Shown here: positions 37,545 through 47,008 of the stretch, piece by piece | How the letters are laid out: each line of letters opens with the position of its first letter | Position numbering within the stretch: the stretch's first letter is position 1 | DNA from: a virus | Taxonomy: Duplodnaviria > Caudoviricetes | Virus record (IMG/VR): IMGVR_UViG_3300018080_003867 | Span: 1 to 48,391 of that record | Reading direction: 5' to 3' (one strand) | DNA length: 48,391 bases | The notes under the pieces: generated by a model | Told to the model about the DNA's origin: nothing | The model's input: only the letters and a program-made list of their open reading frames with translations | Databases searched by the model: none | Position numbers and translations under genes: made by a program

Positions 37545-37700
37545 ATGCCTGTGAAGGTCTGGAAATCCGACTCTTTATGGTGTGCCCAATGGGGTACGAG
37601 CGGCAAGAAATACTGCGGGAAATCCAAAACCAAAGTTGTCACTCTCGCCAAAAAGCAAGCTAAAGCAATTTACGCCTCAGGGTACAAAAAGGGGAACTAA
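37545..37700 (+). CDS. Small basic phage protein (51 aa), not in the ORF track
   Basis: MPVKVWKSDSLWCAQWGTSGKKYC...AKKQAKAIYASGYKKGN*; stop overlaps the next ATG (TAATG). Confidence 0.7.
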   Translation: MPVKVWKSDSLWCAQWGTSGKKYCGKSKTKVVTLAKKQAKAIYASGYKKGN

Positions 37701-40700
37701 TGGCCATACGTAGGCTTACCCGAGCTATTAAATCCGCTAGTCGATCATTGCGATTACCAAAGAGCAGTCAGGTAGATAATAGGCGACAAAAACGGTCGAT
37801 TGGGTATGGTCGATTAGGTTCTGAGGAAGGTGGTATTTATGACGATATGACCGTGCACTACACGTTTGATGCGGGTAGTATTTCGGGTGTTACGGTAATT
37901 GATCAAACAAATAACAATAGGGATGGCACGCTAGTAAACGCGCCTGTAACGGGGGTTGATGGTCCTGTAGCTCAGTCTATCCGATTTGATGCGGTAGGCC
38001 AGCAAATTACTGTACCATTAGCTGCGTGGCCGGGGCCTTCAGGGTCAATTAGTTTGTGGGCATTGGCCTATGATGCAACTGGTAGTACGCCAATTTTTGG
38101 AACCGATCACAGTCTTGGGGGCTTAAGTGAGTGTCGTTTTGAGACGACAATTGACGGTACGCTGCATTTCTATTGCGGGGACGGAACGGCTATTTTCCCT
38201 GCCTCCACGCATGCACAATTTACTTATGGGGAGTGGCACCACGTAGTAGTTACATGGGAGTGGGATGGTACTAAAACTACACTGTCGATGTATATTGATG
38301 GGGTAGTAAGTGATATAGCACCAAGTACAAATCTGACTGGTCCGGTAGTCACGCCGGATGTGGGGCTGGCTATTGCGCAGTACAACGCTAATTTTTACAA
38401 TGGTCGCGTTGACGACTTTAGAGTATACAGCAAGGTTTTAAAGCTAGCTGATGTTGTCGAGCTTTATGCGTTAGGTAGCACGGCACTTACGACCACAACA
38501 AGTACAACCTCGACCACCTCAACCACAACTACGTTAACGACTACCTCAACCACAACTACGTTAACGACCACCTCAACCACAACTACGTTAACGACCACAA
38601 CATCAACGACAACGACAGTAACAACGACCTCAACAACTACTACATCAGTGACCAATAGTTGGATGTTGGGCTATTGGACAATGGATAATGCCCATATTAG
38701 CGGCGTGACGTTACTAGACCAAAGCGGTGAAGGAAACAACGCAACCATGGCAAATGGACCAACGACAGGTGCAACCGGAGTTATTAACGATTCGATTAAT
38801 TTTGATGGATCTGACGATTTGGCAACAGTCGCAGACGATAGCACGCTAAATCCCAATGGCGATGATTTCTCTATTTCTGCGTGGTTTAGATCAAGCACCA
38901 ATGCTAACCAGGCTATTTTAGGCAAGGGTAATGCCTATAATTTAGTGCTGTCTAAGGAGGGCAATATTCGAGGGTCATTACTGCCAGATGATATATTGTA
39001 TCTGCCGCAGGGTGTAACTTATTTTGGTGGTTACATATACATTACGGACACAGAACGTGATTGTATTATAAAGTATAACGCTAATTATACTTATGTGTCT
39101 GAAATTGGTACTAGTGGATCAGGTAATGATCAATTTAATAGTCCTAGGGGTCTAACTAATGATGGTACCTACCTCTACGTTACAGATACCAGCAACCACC
39201 GAATAGTAAAACGGCTACTTTCTGATTTGAGTTATGTTTCTGAGATAGGATCACAAGGTTCCGGCGATGATCAATTTAATAATCCACATGGATTATCTAG
39301 CGATGGCACGTATTTATACGTCGCAGATACGACAAACAACAGAATCAAAAAACATTTACTATCGGATTTAAGCTATGTGTCTAAAATTGGTAGTGCGGGA
39401 TCAGGTAACGATGAATTTACTAATCCATGGGATGTTACTAATGATGGAACACACCTTTATGTTGCGGATTACCAAAACAATCGCATAGTAAAGCGGCTAT
39501 TATCGGATTTGAGTTATGTTTCTGAAATAGGATCGCAAGGTTCCGGCGATGATCAATTCTACAGAACTATTGGTGTTACTAATGATGGTACGTATTTGTA
39601 TGTGTCTGACTACCTGAATAATCGCATAGTAAAACGGCTATTATCAGATTTAAGTTATGATTCCAAAATCGGGTCAAGTGGTTATGGTGATGATAAATTT
39701 AATAATCAGCGTGGAATAGCTAATGATGGAACGAACCTATATGTAGTTGATTATGGAAACCACCGAATAGTCAAACGTTTGCTAGCCGATCTGAGCTACG
39801 TTAGCGAAATGGGATCGCTGAATTATGGAACGGGGGACCATCAACTAAACAATGCGAGAGGGGCAACTAGTGACGGTACTTACTTATATGTGTTAGATAC
39901 GTATAACCATAGGATCGTCAAGCGATTACTATCTGATTTATCGTACGATTCGAAAATTGGGACCAATGGATCGGGTAATGATCAATTTGGTTTTCCTCGG
40001 GGGATCACTAATGATGGTACATACCTTTACGTTGCAGATACAAGTAATTATCGTATAGTCAAACGTTTGCTTTCAGACCTATCTTATGATTCTGAAATCG
40101 GATCACAAGGTTCTGGTGACGATCAATTCGATTACCCTAGGGGACTTACTAATGATGGTACATATCTTTACGTGGTTGATTATAACAATCACCGTATAGT
40201 CAAACGTTTGCTTTCAGACCTATCTTATGATTCTGAAATCGGATCACAAGGTTCTGGTGACGATCAATTTAACTATCCTAGGGATATAACAACTGACAAC
40301 ACATACCTGTACATATCTGATTCTAATAATCATCGGATTAAGAGGCACTTATGTTCTGACTTAAGCTACGTGGATGAAATAGGATCCAGTGGCAGCGGTA
40401 ATGATCAATTTAGCACTCCTCGGGGAATTACTAACGATGGTACTTATTTCTATGTAGCAGACACAGGCAACAATCGTATCAAAAAGCATTTACTTTCTGA
40501 TCTATCCTATGACTCGAAATTAGGATCTATTGGGGTTGGTATAGATGAATTCTCGGGACTTCGTGGGATACATACTGACAATACATACCTCTATGTATTC
40601 GATTATAGTAACTACCGCATAGTCAAGCGTTTGGCTTCTGACCTATCCTATATTGACCAGCTAGGCTTCAACATCAATGCATGGTCGGATGCTGATGGAT

Positions 40701-40999
40701 ACAACGATGGACAGTGGCATCATGTTGCGTTGGTAATAGATGCTAAAGCTACAGCTACAGCGCAACTCTATATTGACGGAGCTGCGCAGACGGCTACGGA
40801 TATCTCAGATCATTGCAACAACATCACATGCGCAGACGACCTGCTTTTAGCTGTAAATGCCAATGACGAGTATTTCAACGGTAATTTAGATGATATCCGC
40901 ATCTATAACCGTGCACTGGAGGCTGCAGAGGTAACCGCACTTAAGAATCTGAGAACATTACCAACAACCACTACAACCACTACAACCACAACTACATAA
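37700..40999 (+). CDS. Large LamG + 12x NHL repeat protein with poly-Thr tracts; putative virion adhesin
   Basis: Two LamG-like domains (WHHV...YIDG...G..DD.R.Y), 12 repeats of about 47 aa (QF..P.G...DGTYLYV.D..N.RIVK), an internal Thr linker of about 50 aa and a C-terminal T11. Confidence 0.88.
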   Translation: MAIRRLTRAIKSASRSLRLPKSSQVDNRRQKRSIGYGRLGSEEGGIYDDMTVHYTFDAGSISGVTVIDQTNNNRDGTLVNAPVTGVDGPVAQSIRFDAVGQQITVPLAAWPGPSGSISLWALAYDATGSTPIFGTDHSLGGLSECRFETTIDGTLHFYCGDGTAIFPASTHAQFTYGEWHHVVVTWEWDGTKTTLSMYIDGVVSDIAPSTNLTGPVVTPDVGLAIAQYNANFYNGRVDDFRVYSKVLKLADVVELYALGSTALTTTTSTTSTTSTTTTLTTTSTTTTLTTTSTTTTLTTTTSTTTTVTTTSTTTTSVTNSWMLGYWTMDNAHISGVTLLDQSGEGNNATMANGPTTGATGVINDSINFDGSDDLATVADDSTLNPNGDDFSISAWFRSSTNANQAILGKGNAYNLVLSKEGNIRGSLLPDDILYLPQGVTYFGGYIYITDTERDCIIKYNANYTYVSEIGTSGSGNDQFNSPRGLTNDGTYLYVTDTSNHRIVKRLLSDLSYVSEIGSQGSGDDQFNNPHGLSSDGTYLYVADTTNNRIKKHLLSDLSYVSKIGSAGSGNDEFTNPWDVTNDGTHLYVADYQNNRIVKRLLSDLSYVSEIGSQGSGDDQFYRTIGVTNDGTYLYVSDYLNNRIVKRLLSDLSYDSKIGSSGYGDDKFNNQRGIANDGTNLYVVDYGNHRIVKRLLADLSYVSEMGSLNYGTGDHQLNNARGATSDGTYLYVLDTYNHRIVKRLLSDLSYDSKIGTNGSGNDQFGFPRGITNDGTYLYVADTSNYRIVKRLLSDLSYDSEIGSQGSGDDQFDYPRGLTNDGTYLYVVDYNNHRIVKRLLSDLSYDSEIGSQGSGDDQFNYPRDITTDNTYLYISDSNNHRIKRHLCSDLSYVDEIGSSGSGNDQFSTPRGITNDGTYFYVADTGNNRIKKHLLSDLSYDSKLGSIGVGIDEFSGLRGIHTDNTYLYVFDYSNYRIVKRLASDLSYIDQLGFNINAWSDADGYNDGQWHHVALVIDAKATATAQLYIDGAAQTATDISDHCNNITCADDLLLAVNANDEYFNGNLDDIRIYNRALEAAEVTALKNLRTLPTTTTTTTTTTT
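38511..38598 (+). repeat. 27-bp tandem repeat x3 encoding TSTTTTLTT
   Basis: ACCTCAACCACAACTACGTTAACGACY at 38516, 38543 and 38570. Confidence 0.9.
38996..40670 (+). repeat. Coding tandem array with a period of about 141 bp (NHL repeats)
   Basis: Includes a 77-bp identical pair at 40052-40128 and 40193-40269. Confidence 0.85.
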
Positions 41000-41013
41000 C
41001 TTTAGAGGATCTT

Positions 41014-42087
41014 ATGGGACGTATACTGATTACTGGGGGATGTGGCTTCATCGGCCACCACTTTGTTGAGCACTTTTTGAGAAACACCTCATGGGATATC
41101 GTTGTACTTGATAAGCTAACCTATGCCTCCAATGGGTTTGAACGGTTAAGGGATATCGAGGCGTATAATGATTCTCGAGTGAGTGTGTTTACCGTAGATT
41201 TGGCTACGGGTATCGAGGCACATCTAGCCCGCGAGATAGGTCCCATTGATTACATTTTGCATTTGGCTGCAGAAACTCACGTAGACCGTAGCATTGAGAA
41301 TCCTCTAGCATTTGTTTATGCCAATGTACTGGGAACCTATGGAATCCTAGAGTATGCAAAAAAGCACGTCCAATGCTACCCAGACCAGTTAAGAGCCGTG
41401 CTTTACTTTTCGACTGACGAAGTCTTTGGTCCTGCCTTAATGCCAGGGCAGTGGGTTAAGGAGGCAGATGAAGCCAAAGAAAATGGTGACTCACTAAACC
41501 TTAGGTACCTATATCAAGAATGGAACCGTTACAATTCAACAAACCCTTACTCAGCAACCAAGGCAGGGGGCGAGGAGTTAGCCCTTGCCTATACCAACAC
41601 ATATGGGATACCCCTTTTTATTACGCATACAATGAATTGTTTTGGCGAGCGGCAACACCCAGAAAAATTCATACCCTTGGTTATCCGCAAGGTGTTAGCT
41701 GGTGAGGAAGTGTTTATCCACTCAGATAAGCAAAAGACAACGAGCGGTAGACGTAGTTACATCCACTGTAGAAATGTTGCAAGTGGAGTCCACACCTTGC
41801 TCTTTAAGCATAAGCAACGCGAAAAATACAACATCGTGGGCGAGCAAGAAATTGATAATCTAGGGCTTGCAAAGCTCATTGCGGATATCATCGGCAAGCC
41901 GCTACATTACACCCTAGTGGACTTTCACAGCTCACGGCCAGGCCACGACCTAAGGTATGGGCTATGTGGGCGCAAAATGGAAAGGCTTGGTTGGAGGCCT
42001 CCTATTGAGTTTCAACACAGTCTAGAAAAAACTGTTTTATGGACCTTAGACCACCCCAAATGGTTTAAACTGCAGCCAGAAAGGTAG
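41014..42087 (+). CDS. rmlB: dTDP-glucose 4,6-dehydratase (RmlB/RfbB family)
   Basis: ITGGCGFIG, LDKLTYA, HLAAETHVDRSI, STDEVFG, PYSATK, QHPEKFIP, RPGHDLRY. Confidence 0.9.
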   Translation: MGRILITGGCGFIGHHFVEHFLRNTSWDIVVLDKLTYASNGFERLRDIEAYNDSRVSVFTVDLATGIEAHLAREIGPIDYILHLAAETHVDRSIENPLAFVYANVLGTYGILEYAKKHVQCYPDQLRAVLYFSTDEVFGPALMPGQWVKEADEAKENGDSLNLRYLYQEWNRYNSTNPYSATKAGGEELALAYTNTYGIPLFITHTMNCFGERQHPEKFIPLVIRKVLAGEEVFIHSDKQKTTSGRRSYIHCRNVASGVHTLLFKHKQREKYNIVGEQEIDNLGLAKLIADIIGKPLHYTLVDFHSSRPGHDLRYGLCGRKMERLGWRPPIEFQHSLEKTVLWTLDHPKWFKLQPER

Positions 42088-42089
42088 TT

Positions 42090-42533
42090 ATGGATATCAC
42101 CCGTGATAGGACCCTCAGCATAGGTAGCATGGTTGCTTTTTCCCTACTAAATAAACCCTATATTTGGGGAGGGGATAACCCGGTAGAGGGGTTAGATTGT
42201 AGTGGATTGGTTATTGAGATTTTAAAAAGTATGGGCGTCTTACCTGCCCAAGGTGATTGGACAGCCCAAGGGCTTTATGAGCGGTTTAAAGATAAAGAAG
42301 TAAATGAGCAGCATGTCAGAGAGGGTTGTCTGGTGTTTTGGGAGGGAATGGACGGTACTGCAAATCATGTGGAGTATGTTCTGACTTCTGAATTATCAAT
42401 CGGCGCAAGGGGAGGGGGAAGCACGATTAGGTCTCTTAAAGATGCACTAAAATATGGTGCCTATAGTAAAATTAGACCTTGGAAAGACAGGAAAGGCCGG
42501 AGCATTAAGGCTTTGGTCGATCCGTTTTTATAA
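42090..42533 (+). CDS. NlpC/P60 family cell-wall peptidase
   Basis: PYIWGG...GLDCSGLV...HVE. Confidence 0.85.
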   Translation: MDITRDRTLSIGSMVAFSLLNKPYIWGGDNPVEGLDCSGLVIEILKSMGVLPAQGDWTAQGLYERFKDKEVNEQHVREGCLVFWEGMDGTANHVEYVLTSELSIGARGGGSTIRSLKDALKYGAYSKIRPWKDRKGRSIKALVDPFL

Positions 42534-42555
42534 CCCCTAGCAAAGGAAAAGACCC

Positions 42556-42708
42556 ATGGCTAAAAAAGCAAAGAAAGCCAAAAACATCAACCTTGAAGCA
42601 CGAAAAGCCCGGTTGGCCAAAAAGGCCGCGAGGATTAAACGCAAAAAAGAAAAGGCCGCCAAGCAGGCCGCAAAGAAAAAAGCACCACCGCCAGTGCCCA
42701 AAAAATAA
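42556..42708 (+). CDS. Lys/Ala-rich histone-like peptide (50 aa), not in the ORF track
   Basis: AAGGA RBS; MAKKAKKAKNINLEARKARLAKKAARIKRKKEKAAKQAAKKKAPPPVPKK*. Confidence 0.7.
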   Translation: MAKKAKKAKNINLEARKARLAKKAARIKRKKEKAAKQAAKKKAPPPVPKK

Positions 42709-42762
42709 AGCACTGGTAGGCAGCAACACTATCCCATAACCCAACATAAAGGATTCTGATAG

Positions 42763-44391
42763 ATGCCCAACTATGACAGGTACACCATGAGCCTAGGCGA
42801 CCTTGAAGCGACTCATGAAACATACGAGAAATATCGGTTATTCTGGGATTTTCTATTGGCATCCTATGAAGGACTGCGAGCGTTAGTAGCTGGGGGTTTT
42901 GCTATCAAACGCAACGAACGCGAAAGCTACAACAATTACATGCGTAGAATAGCCGAAGCTTATGGGTTTAACTATTCAAGCAGTATTGTTGAAATCTTTA
43001 ATTTCTATCTGTTCAAAGCTCCAGCAAAACGAGACATGGGGGTCTTGTCTGAGGATAGGCAGTGGAGGCTTTTTGAACAGGATTGCAATCTTTATGGGGA
43101 TAACTTTTTAGTCTGGCTTTTAGAATCCCAACGGTGGGCCGGGGTTTTAGGTCATGTGGGCATTTTGATTGATAAGAGCTCTAGGGGGTACCAAACCGCA
43201 GAAGATGAATTAAATGCAGGGGTTTACCCCTACGTTGCTCGGTATTTTCCTCAGAATATCTTAGATTGGGAATACAAACGCGATGAAAACAATCGACCGT
43301 ACTTGAGTTACATCAAAGTGCGTGATGATGATGGGTATTATCGTATTTGGACTTCTGACTATTGGACGTGCTACCGCATATCAGAGGACTTGCAGACTAC
43401 AAAAACGACGGTTACTGATGTAGACACTGGCCAAGTGAGGGGGGGTGTTACTGTTGAAACTGGAGGCGAGCAAGCTGTTGAGAGCGATGCAAATGGGGAC
43501 AACCCATTTTATGATGCCTCTAGGGGTCGCGGTGAAATCCCGTTTGTGTGGCTCTACAATATCAAGAGCAAAACCAGACCTATTGGGGTCTCTGATATCA
43601 AGGATGTAGCCTACATTGACCGTAGTATCGTCACAAACCTGTCAGAAGGCGAGGAAGTCATAACCTATGGTGCCTTTCCGATGATGCGAAAGGCTATGGA
43701 GGAAGCCGGAGCGGGTGCACAAGGCCGCGGGGGGCAGGACGATGCGGGACCTACTGCAGTTCTGGAATTTGACCCTGAACACCCGGAAGCTAAGCCTGAC
43801 TGGCTTGAAGCTGCAGTAGCCGAGCCTATTGACGCTATTTTGCGCTGGATTGAGCGCAAGGCTTCCGAGATTTACCGAACAACTAATATAGGGGGCATGG
43901 CTGCAACCGAAATTCAGAGTCAAGCCCGGTCTGGGGTTGCCTTGAAAAGTGAATTTCAATTGCTTAATGGTAAGCTTATTTCAAAAGGCAATAATGTTGA
44001 AGAAGCTGAACTCAACATCAAAAAATACTGGTGCATGTGGCAAAACCGCCAGGAGGTATTTAGCACAATCACTGTGGAGTGGCCTGAGACGTATGATATA
44101 GCAAACCTGGCACAAGATCTAGCCAATGCACTAACCGCTAAGACTCTGGTAACCAGTAAAACCTTTGTTAGCGCTATTCAAAAGCAAGTTGCCCGGGCAA
44201 TGCTTCCTAATGCGGATAACAAGCTTTTGGCTGAAATTGATGGCGAAATTGAGGATGATGCGCAAAACCCTAAACCCCCTCCCATTGATGTGGGCCAGGT
44301 ATTGCCTGATAACAACCAAGATGAAAATGGCGATAACCCCGAAAAACAAAACATACGTGCTACTAGTACCGAAAGAGGGAATAACAAATAA
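42763..44391 (+). CDS. Portal protein (SPP1 gp6-like)
   Basis: 542 aa; NPF...GEIPFV, GVSDIKDV, SGVALK, acidic tail; position ahead of the head genes. Confidence 0.85.
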   Translation: MPNYDRYTMSLGDLEATHETYEKYRLFWDFLLASYEGLRALVAGGFAIKRNERESYNNYMRRIAEAYGFNYSSSIVEIFNFYLFKAPAKRDMGVLSEDRQWRLFEQDCNLYGDNFLVWLLESQRWAGVLGHVGILIDKSSRGYQTAEDELNAGVYPYVARYFPQNILDWEYKRDENNRPYLSYIKVRDDDGYYRIWTSDYWTCYRISEDLQTTKTTVTDVDTGQVRGGVTVETGGEQAVESDANGDNPFYDASRGRGEIPFVWLYNIKSKTRPIGVSDIKDVAYIDRSIVTNLSEGEEVITYGAFPMMRKAMEEAGAGAQGRGGQDDAGPTAVLEFDPEHPEAKPDWLEAAVAEPIDAILRWIERKASEIYRTTNIGGMAATEIQSQARSGVALKSEFQLLNGKLISKGNNVEEAELNIKKYWCMWQNRQEVFSTITVEWPETYDIANLAQDLANALTAKTLVTSKTFVSAIQKQVARAMLPNADNKLLAEIDGEIEDDAQNPKPPPIDVGQVLPDNNQDENGDNPEKQNIRATSTERGNNK

Positions 44392-45006
44392 ATGGGCAGA
44401 ATAACGCCTCTAACAAAGCATACTATTCAGTGTGGAAACCCCGCCCCTGCTAACGAACGGTTTGATTTTCCGAATTGTACTTTTTTGGGAGGTCTTTCAG
44501 ATCAACCGTTCACTGCGTTTTATGTGTGGGAAAAGTTTTTTATGAAATACCGGGGCACCCTTGCACGGTTTATTGAATTTGGGTGCGATCAAGGCAATAC
44601 AAGCGTTTATTTCAAGCTGTGGTGCATTCAAATTGGGGCTGATTATGTGGGATACGATAAACGCGATCCAAAGCTTTACGCGGATAGTCGGATTAAACGG
44701 TTGATTAACTTAAAGCAGAGCATGCGCATTGGTAATGGCTTTAAAAAGGCCAAAGAAATAAAAGAAACGATCCAGCAACCCGGGCAATCTGTGATCTTTA
44801 CAGATTGCATTGACAAGCCTTGGGAGTTTACAACCTTTGCTCCGATGCTAAAAAGAGGCGATGTTTTAGCGATCCATGATTGGGATCGGGCTATTTTTGA
44901 TGACTGGGTTAAGGATACCATGGAGGCCTTAGAACCCTACACGTTGCTATTCGAAAGAGATCGAAATAGATTGAAAACCCTTACCCGGTTTTTCCTGAAA
45001 GGCTAA
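44392..45006 (+). CDS. Putative class I SAM-dependent methyltransferase
   Basis: FIEFGCDQGNTS, VGYD, LKRGDVLAIHDW. Confidence 0.65.
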   Translation: MGRITPLTKHTIQCGNPAPANERFDFPNCTFLGGLSDQPFTAFYVWEKFFMKYRGTLARFIEFGCDQGNTSVYFKLWCIQIGADYVGYDKRDPKLYADSRIKRLINLKQSMRIGNGFKKAKEIKETIQQPGQSVIFTDCIDKPWEFTTFAPMLKRGDVLAIHDWDRAIFDDWVKDTMEALEPYTLLFERDRNRLKTLTRFFLKG

Positions 45007-45933
45007 ATGCCCCCAACCAAAGAAGAAATAGAGGCCTCCTTAGCGACGCTTACCCTTGAGCTTGATAATGCTATTGATGACACAGCCGCTATCTTGCTGA
45101 CTACCATTAGAAAGCTGGAAAGACGCATCTTAAATGCCTTTAAAGAGCTCAAAACAACGGAAGCTGGGAGGCTTCTAGGCGTCCAAGTTAATCTAAAACA
45201 GGCTCAAGAGGTCCATCGGCAGTTGGTGCAGTATTTCGAGGAGTCCTATAAGGAGGGGGTAAAATCTATTAAAGGGTTTGATGCGGTAGCCAAGGCTATC
45301 AAAGATAACTGGCTAGATGTAGACAACGCTATTGAGTATACCGGACTTGACCGGCAAATGATGCTTACCTTAAAAAAACAAAAGGTAGCCGAATTTGTGG
45401 AGTATGGCAATGCGGCACGTGAGCGCATTGCAGGGGCGATGTACGACCATGTTGTGGGCCATGGAGAGTTTTCCGAATTGGTTAGTGAAATGAGGTCTGT
45501 CTTAGGCACAGGCCTGGATAAACGTGGAAACAATATGGCGCGCTATTCAGAATTGTGGGCCAATGATTCGATCATGAATTTTCATCAAGCCGTATCCAAC
45601 GATAAAGCCAGGTCTTCAGATCTCCGTTCGTTTTTGTATTACGGTAACATCATGAAGACCTCTAGGCCGTTTTGCATTGACCGGGCAGGCAAGGTCTTTA
45701 GTCGTCAAAAGATTGATGGTTGGAATGATATGCCCTGGAAAGGCAAGCGTGGGCCAGCGTTTATCTATCGTGGGGGTTGGAATTGCAGACACCATTGGAT
45801 GCCTATCAAGCCTGAATGGTTGCCCGATGGGGAGTTAGAGGTGGGAGATTTTTTTGAAGAAAACGACATGGACATACCTAGAGGTACGACCTTACCTGAC
45901 ACTAAAAAAAGTGGGATAAAAACCAAAAAATAA
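45007..45933 (+). CDS. Minor head/head morphogenesis protein (gp7/Mu gpF-like)
   Basis: C-terminal SRPFC...RGGWNCRHHW; located between portal and scaffold. Confidence 0.8.
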   Translation: MPPTKEEIEASLATLTLELDNAIDDTAAILLTTIRKLERRILNAFKELKTTEAGRLLGVQVNLKQAQEVHRQLVQYFEESYKEGVKSIKGFDAVAKAIKDNWLDVDNAIEYTGLDRQMMLTLKKQKVAEFVEYGNAARERIAGAMYDHVVGHGEFSELVSEMRSVLGTGLDKRGNNMARYSELWANDSIMNFHQAVSNDKARSSDLRSFLYYGNIMKTSRPFCIDRAGKVFSRQKIDGWNDMPWKGKRGPAFIYRGGWNCRHHWMPIKPEWLPDGELEVGDFFEENDMDIPRGTTLPDTKKSGIKTKK

Positions 45934-46064
45934 AATCTAATAGTTGAACAAACCTAAAGGTATGGATACTATGAGGTACATATGACCAATGTGAATAGTT
46001 GTACATACGGAGTGGTAACACTCCGAGGTATCCGTGCCAGTAATGGCATTAGGAGGCGTAAGCC

Positions 46065-46949
46065 ATGAAAATGAAACCAAAAATTGAAAACGACCAAATT
46101 ATTCTCAGTGATGGGAAGCCGGTCTACGTCATGGAGGATGGAAAAGAATTTGTAGCTGACGTTCCTTCGCTTTATCAAAAAACGTTAGAGCTCAAAGGCG
46201 AGTCCAAGCGACATCGGGAAGCGAAAGAGATTGCTGAGGGCAAGGCCTCTTTTTACGCAGATCTATTTCCAGAAATGGATATGGAGGCATTAAAAGAATG
46301 GAAGCTTTCAGCAGATAGTGCTCTGGATACAGTAAAAAATCTCGAGGACAAAAAGCTGTTAGACGCTAAAAAAGTGGAGATCATAAAAAATGAACTTCGC
46401 GAAGCACACGACAAAAACCTAGCGAGCGTAAAAAAGAGTTTTGCCGAAAAGGAGTCTGAATATAAGGGATCGCTTTCTCGGAAAGACGAACAGATATTCA
46501 AACTCATGGTAGGCAATGCGTTTGCAAATAGCCGGTTTTTTGCAGGTAAAGAACCTTTAACGCTTTTACCCCCGGATGTAGCTTTAGCTGCGTTTGGGCA
46601 CAATTTCAAAGTCCGTGAGAATGAGAGCACCGGGGAGCTCCAGATTGTGGGATACCATAACGGTACTGAGATATTGAGCACGAAACCCGATAGAGTAGGG
46701 GAGATTGCAACGATTGATGAGGCAATTGAGGTGCTTATCGACCGTTACCCACAAAAAGACCGCATTATGGCTGCAGGCCGAAGTGGTAGTGGGGCTGGCG
46801 GGGGATCAAGTTTTGCGGGTAGTGGGGGCGATGAATTATCGAGGCTACAAAAACAATACAAAGACGCGAAAGCCGCGGGTGATGCGCGGCAAATGATCAC
46901 AATCCAAAACCGTATTTACAGTCTACAGCAGCAACAACGGGCATCCTAA
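46065..46949 (+). CDS. Capsid scaffolding protein
   Basis: AGGAGG RBS; GKPVYV N-terminus, coiled coil, Gly/Ser linker and terminal helices; directly upstream of the MCP. Confidence 0.75.
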   Translation: MKMKPKIENDQIILSDGKPVYVMEDGKEFVADVPSLYQKTLELKGESKRHREAKEIAEGKASFYADLFPEMDMEALKEWKLSADSALDTVKNLEDKKLLDAKKVEIIKNELREAHDKNLASVKKSFAEKESEYKGSLSRKDEQIFKLMVGNAFANSRFFAGKEPLTLLPPDVALAAFGHNFKVRENESTGELQIVGYHNGTEILSTKPDRVGEIATIDEAIEVLIDRYPQKDRIMAAGRSGSGAGGGSSFAGSGGDELSRLQKQYKDAKAAGDARQMITIQNRIYSLQQQQRAS

Positions 46950-47008
46950 AACGTATGGGATAGTTCAATGGTTGTTGCTGTAGCCAGGCACAAAAGGATA
47001 TGTAAGCA

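Noticed and set aside
38464-38655. Poly-Val minus-strand ORF
   Set aside because: Antisense shadow of the poly-Thr linker
38996-40670. Near-identical repeats in an adhesin gene as a possible DGR template/variable pair
   Set aside because: No reverse transcriptase in the window; the repeats are in-frame tandem NHL units and differences are not obviously adenine-restricted
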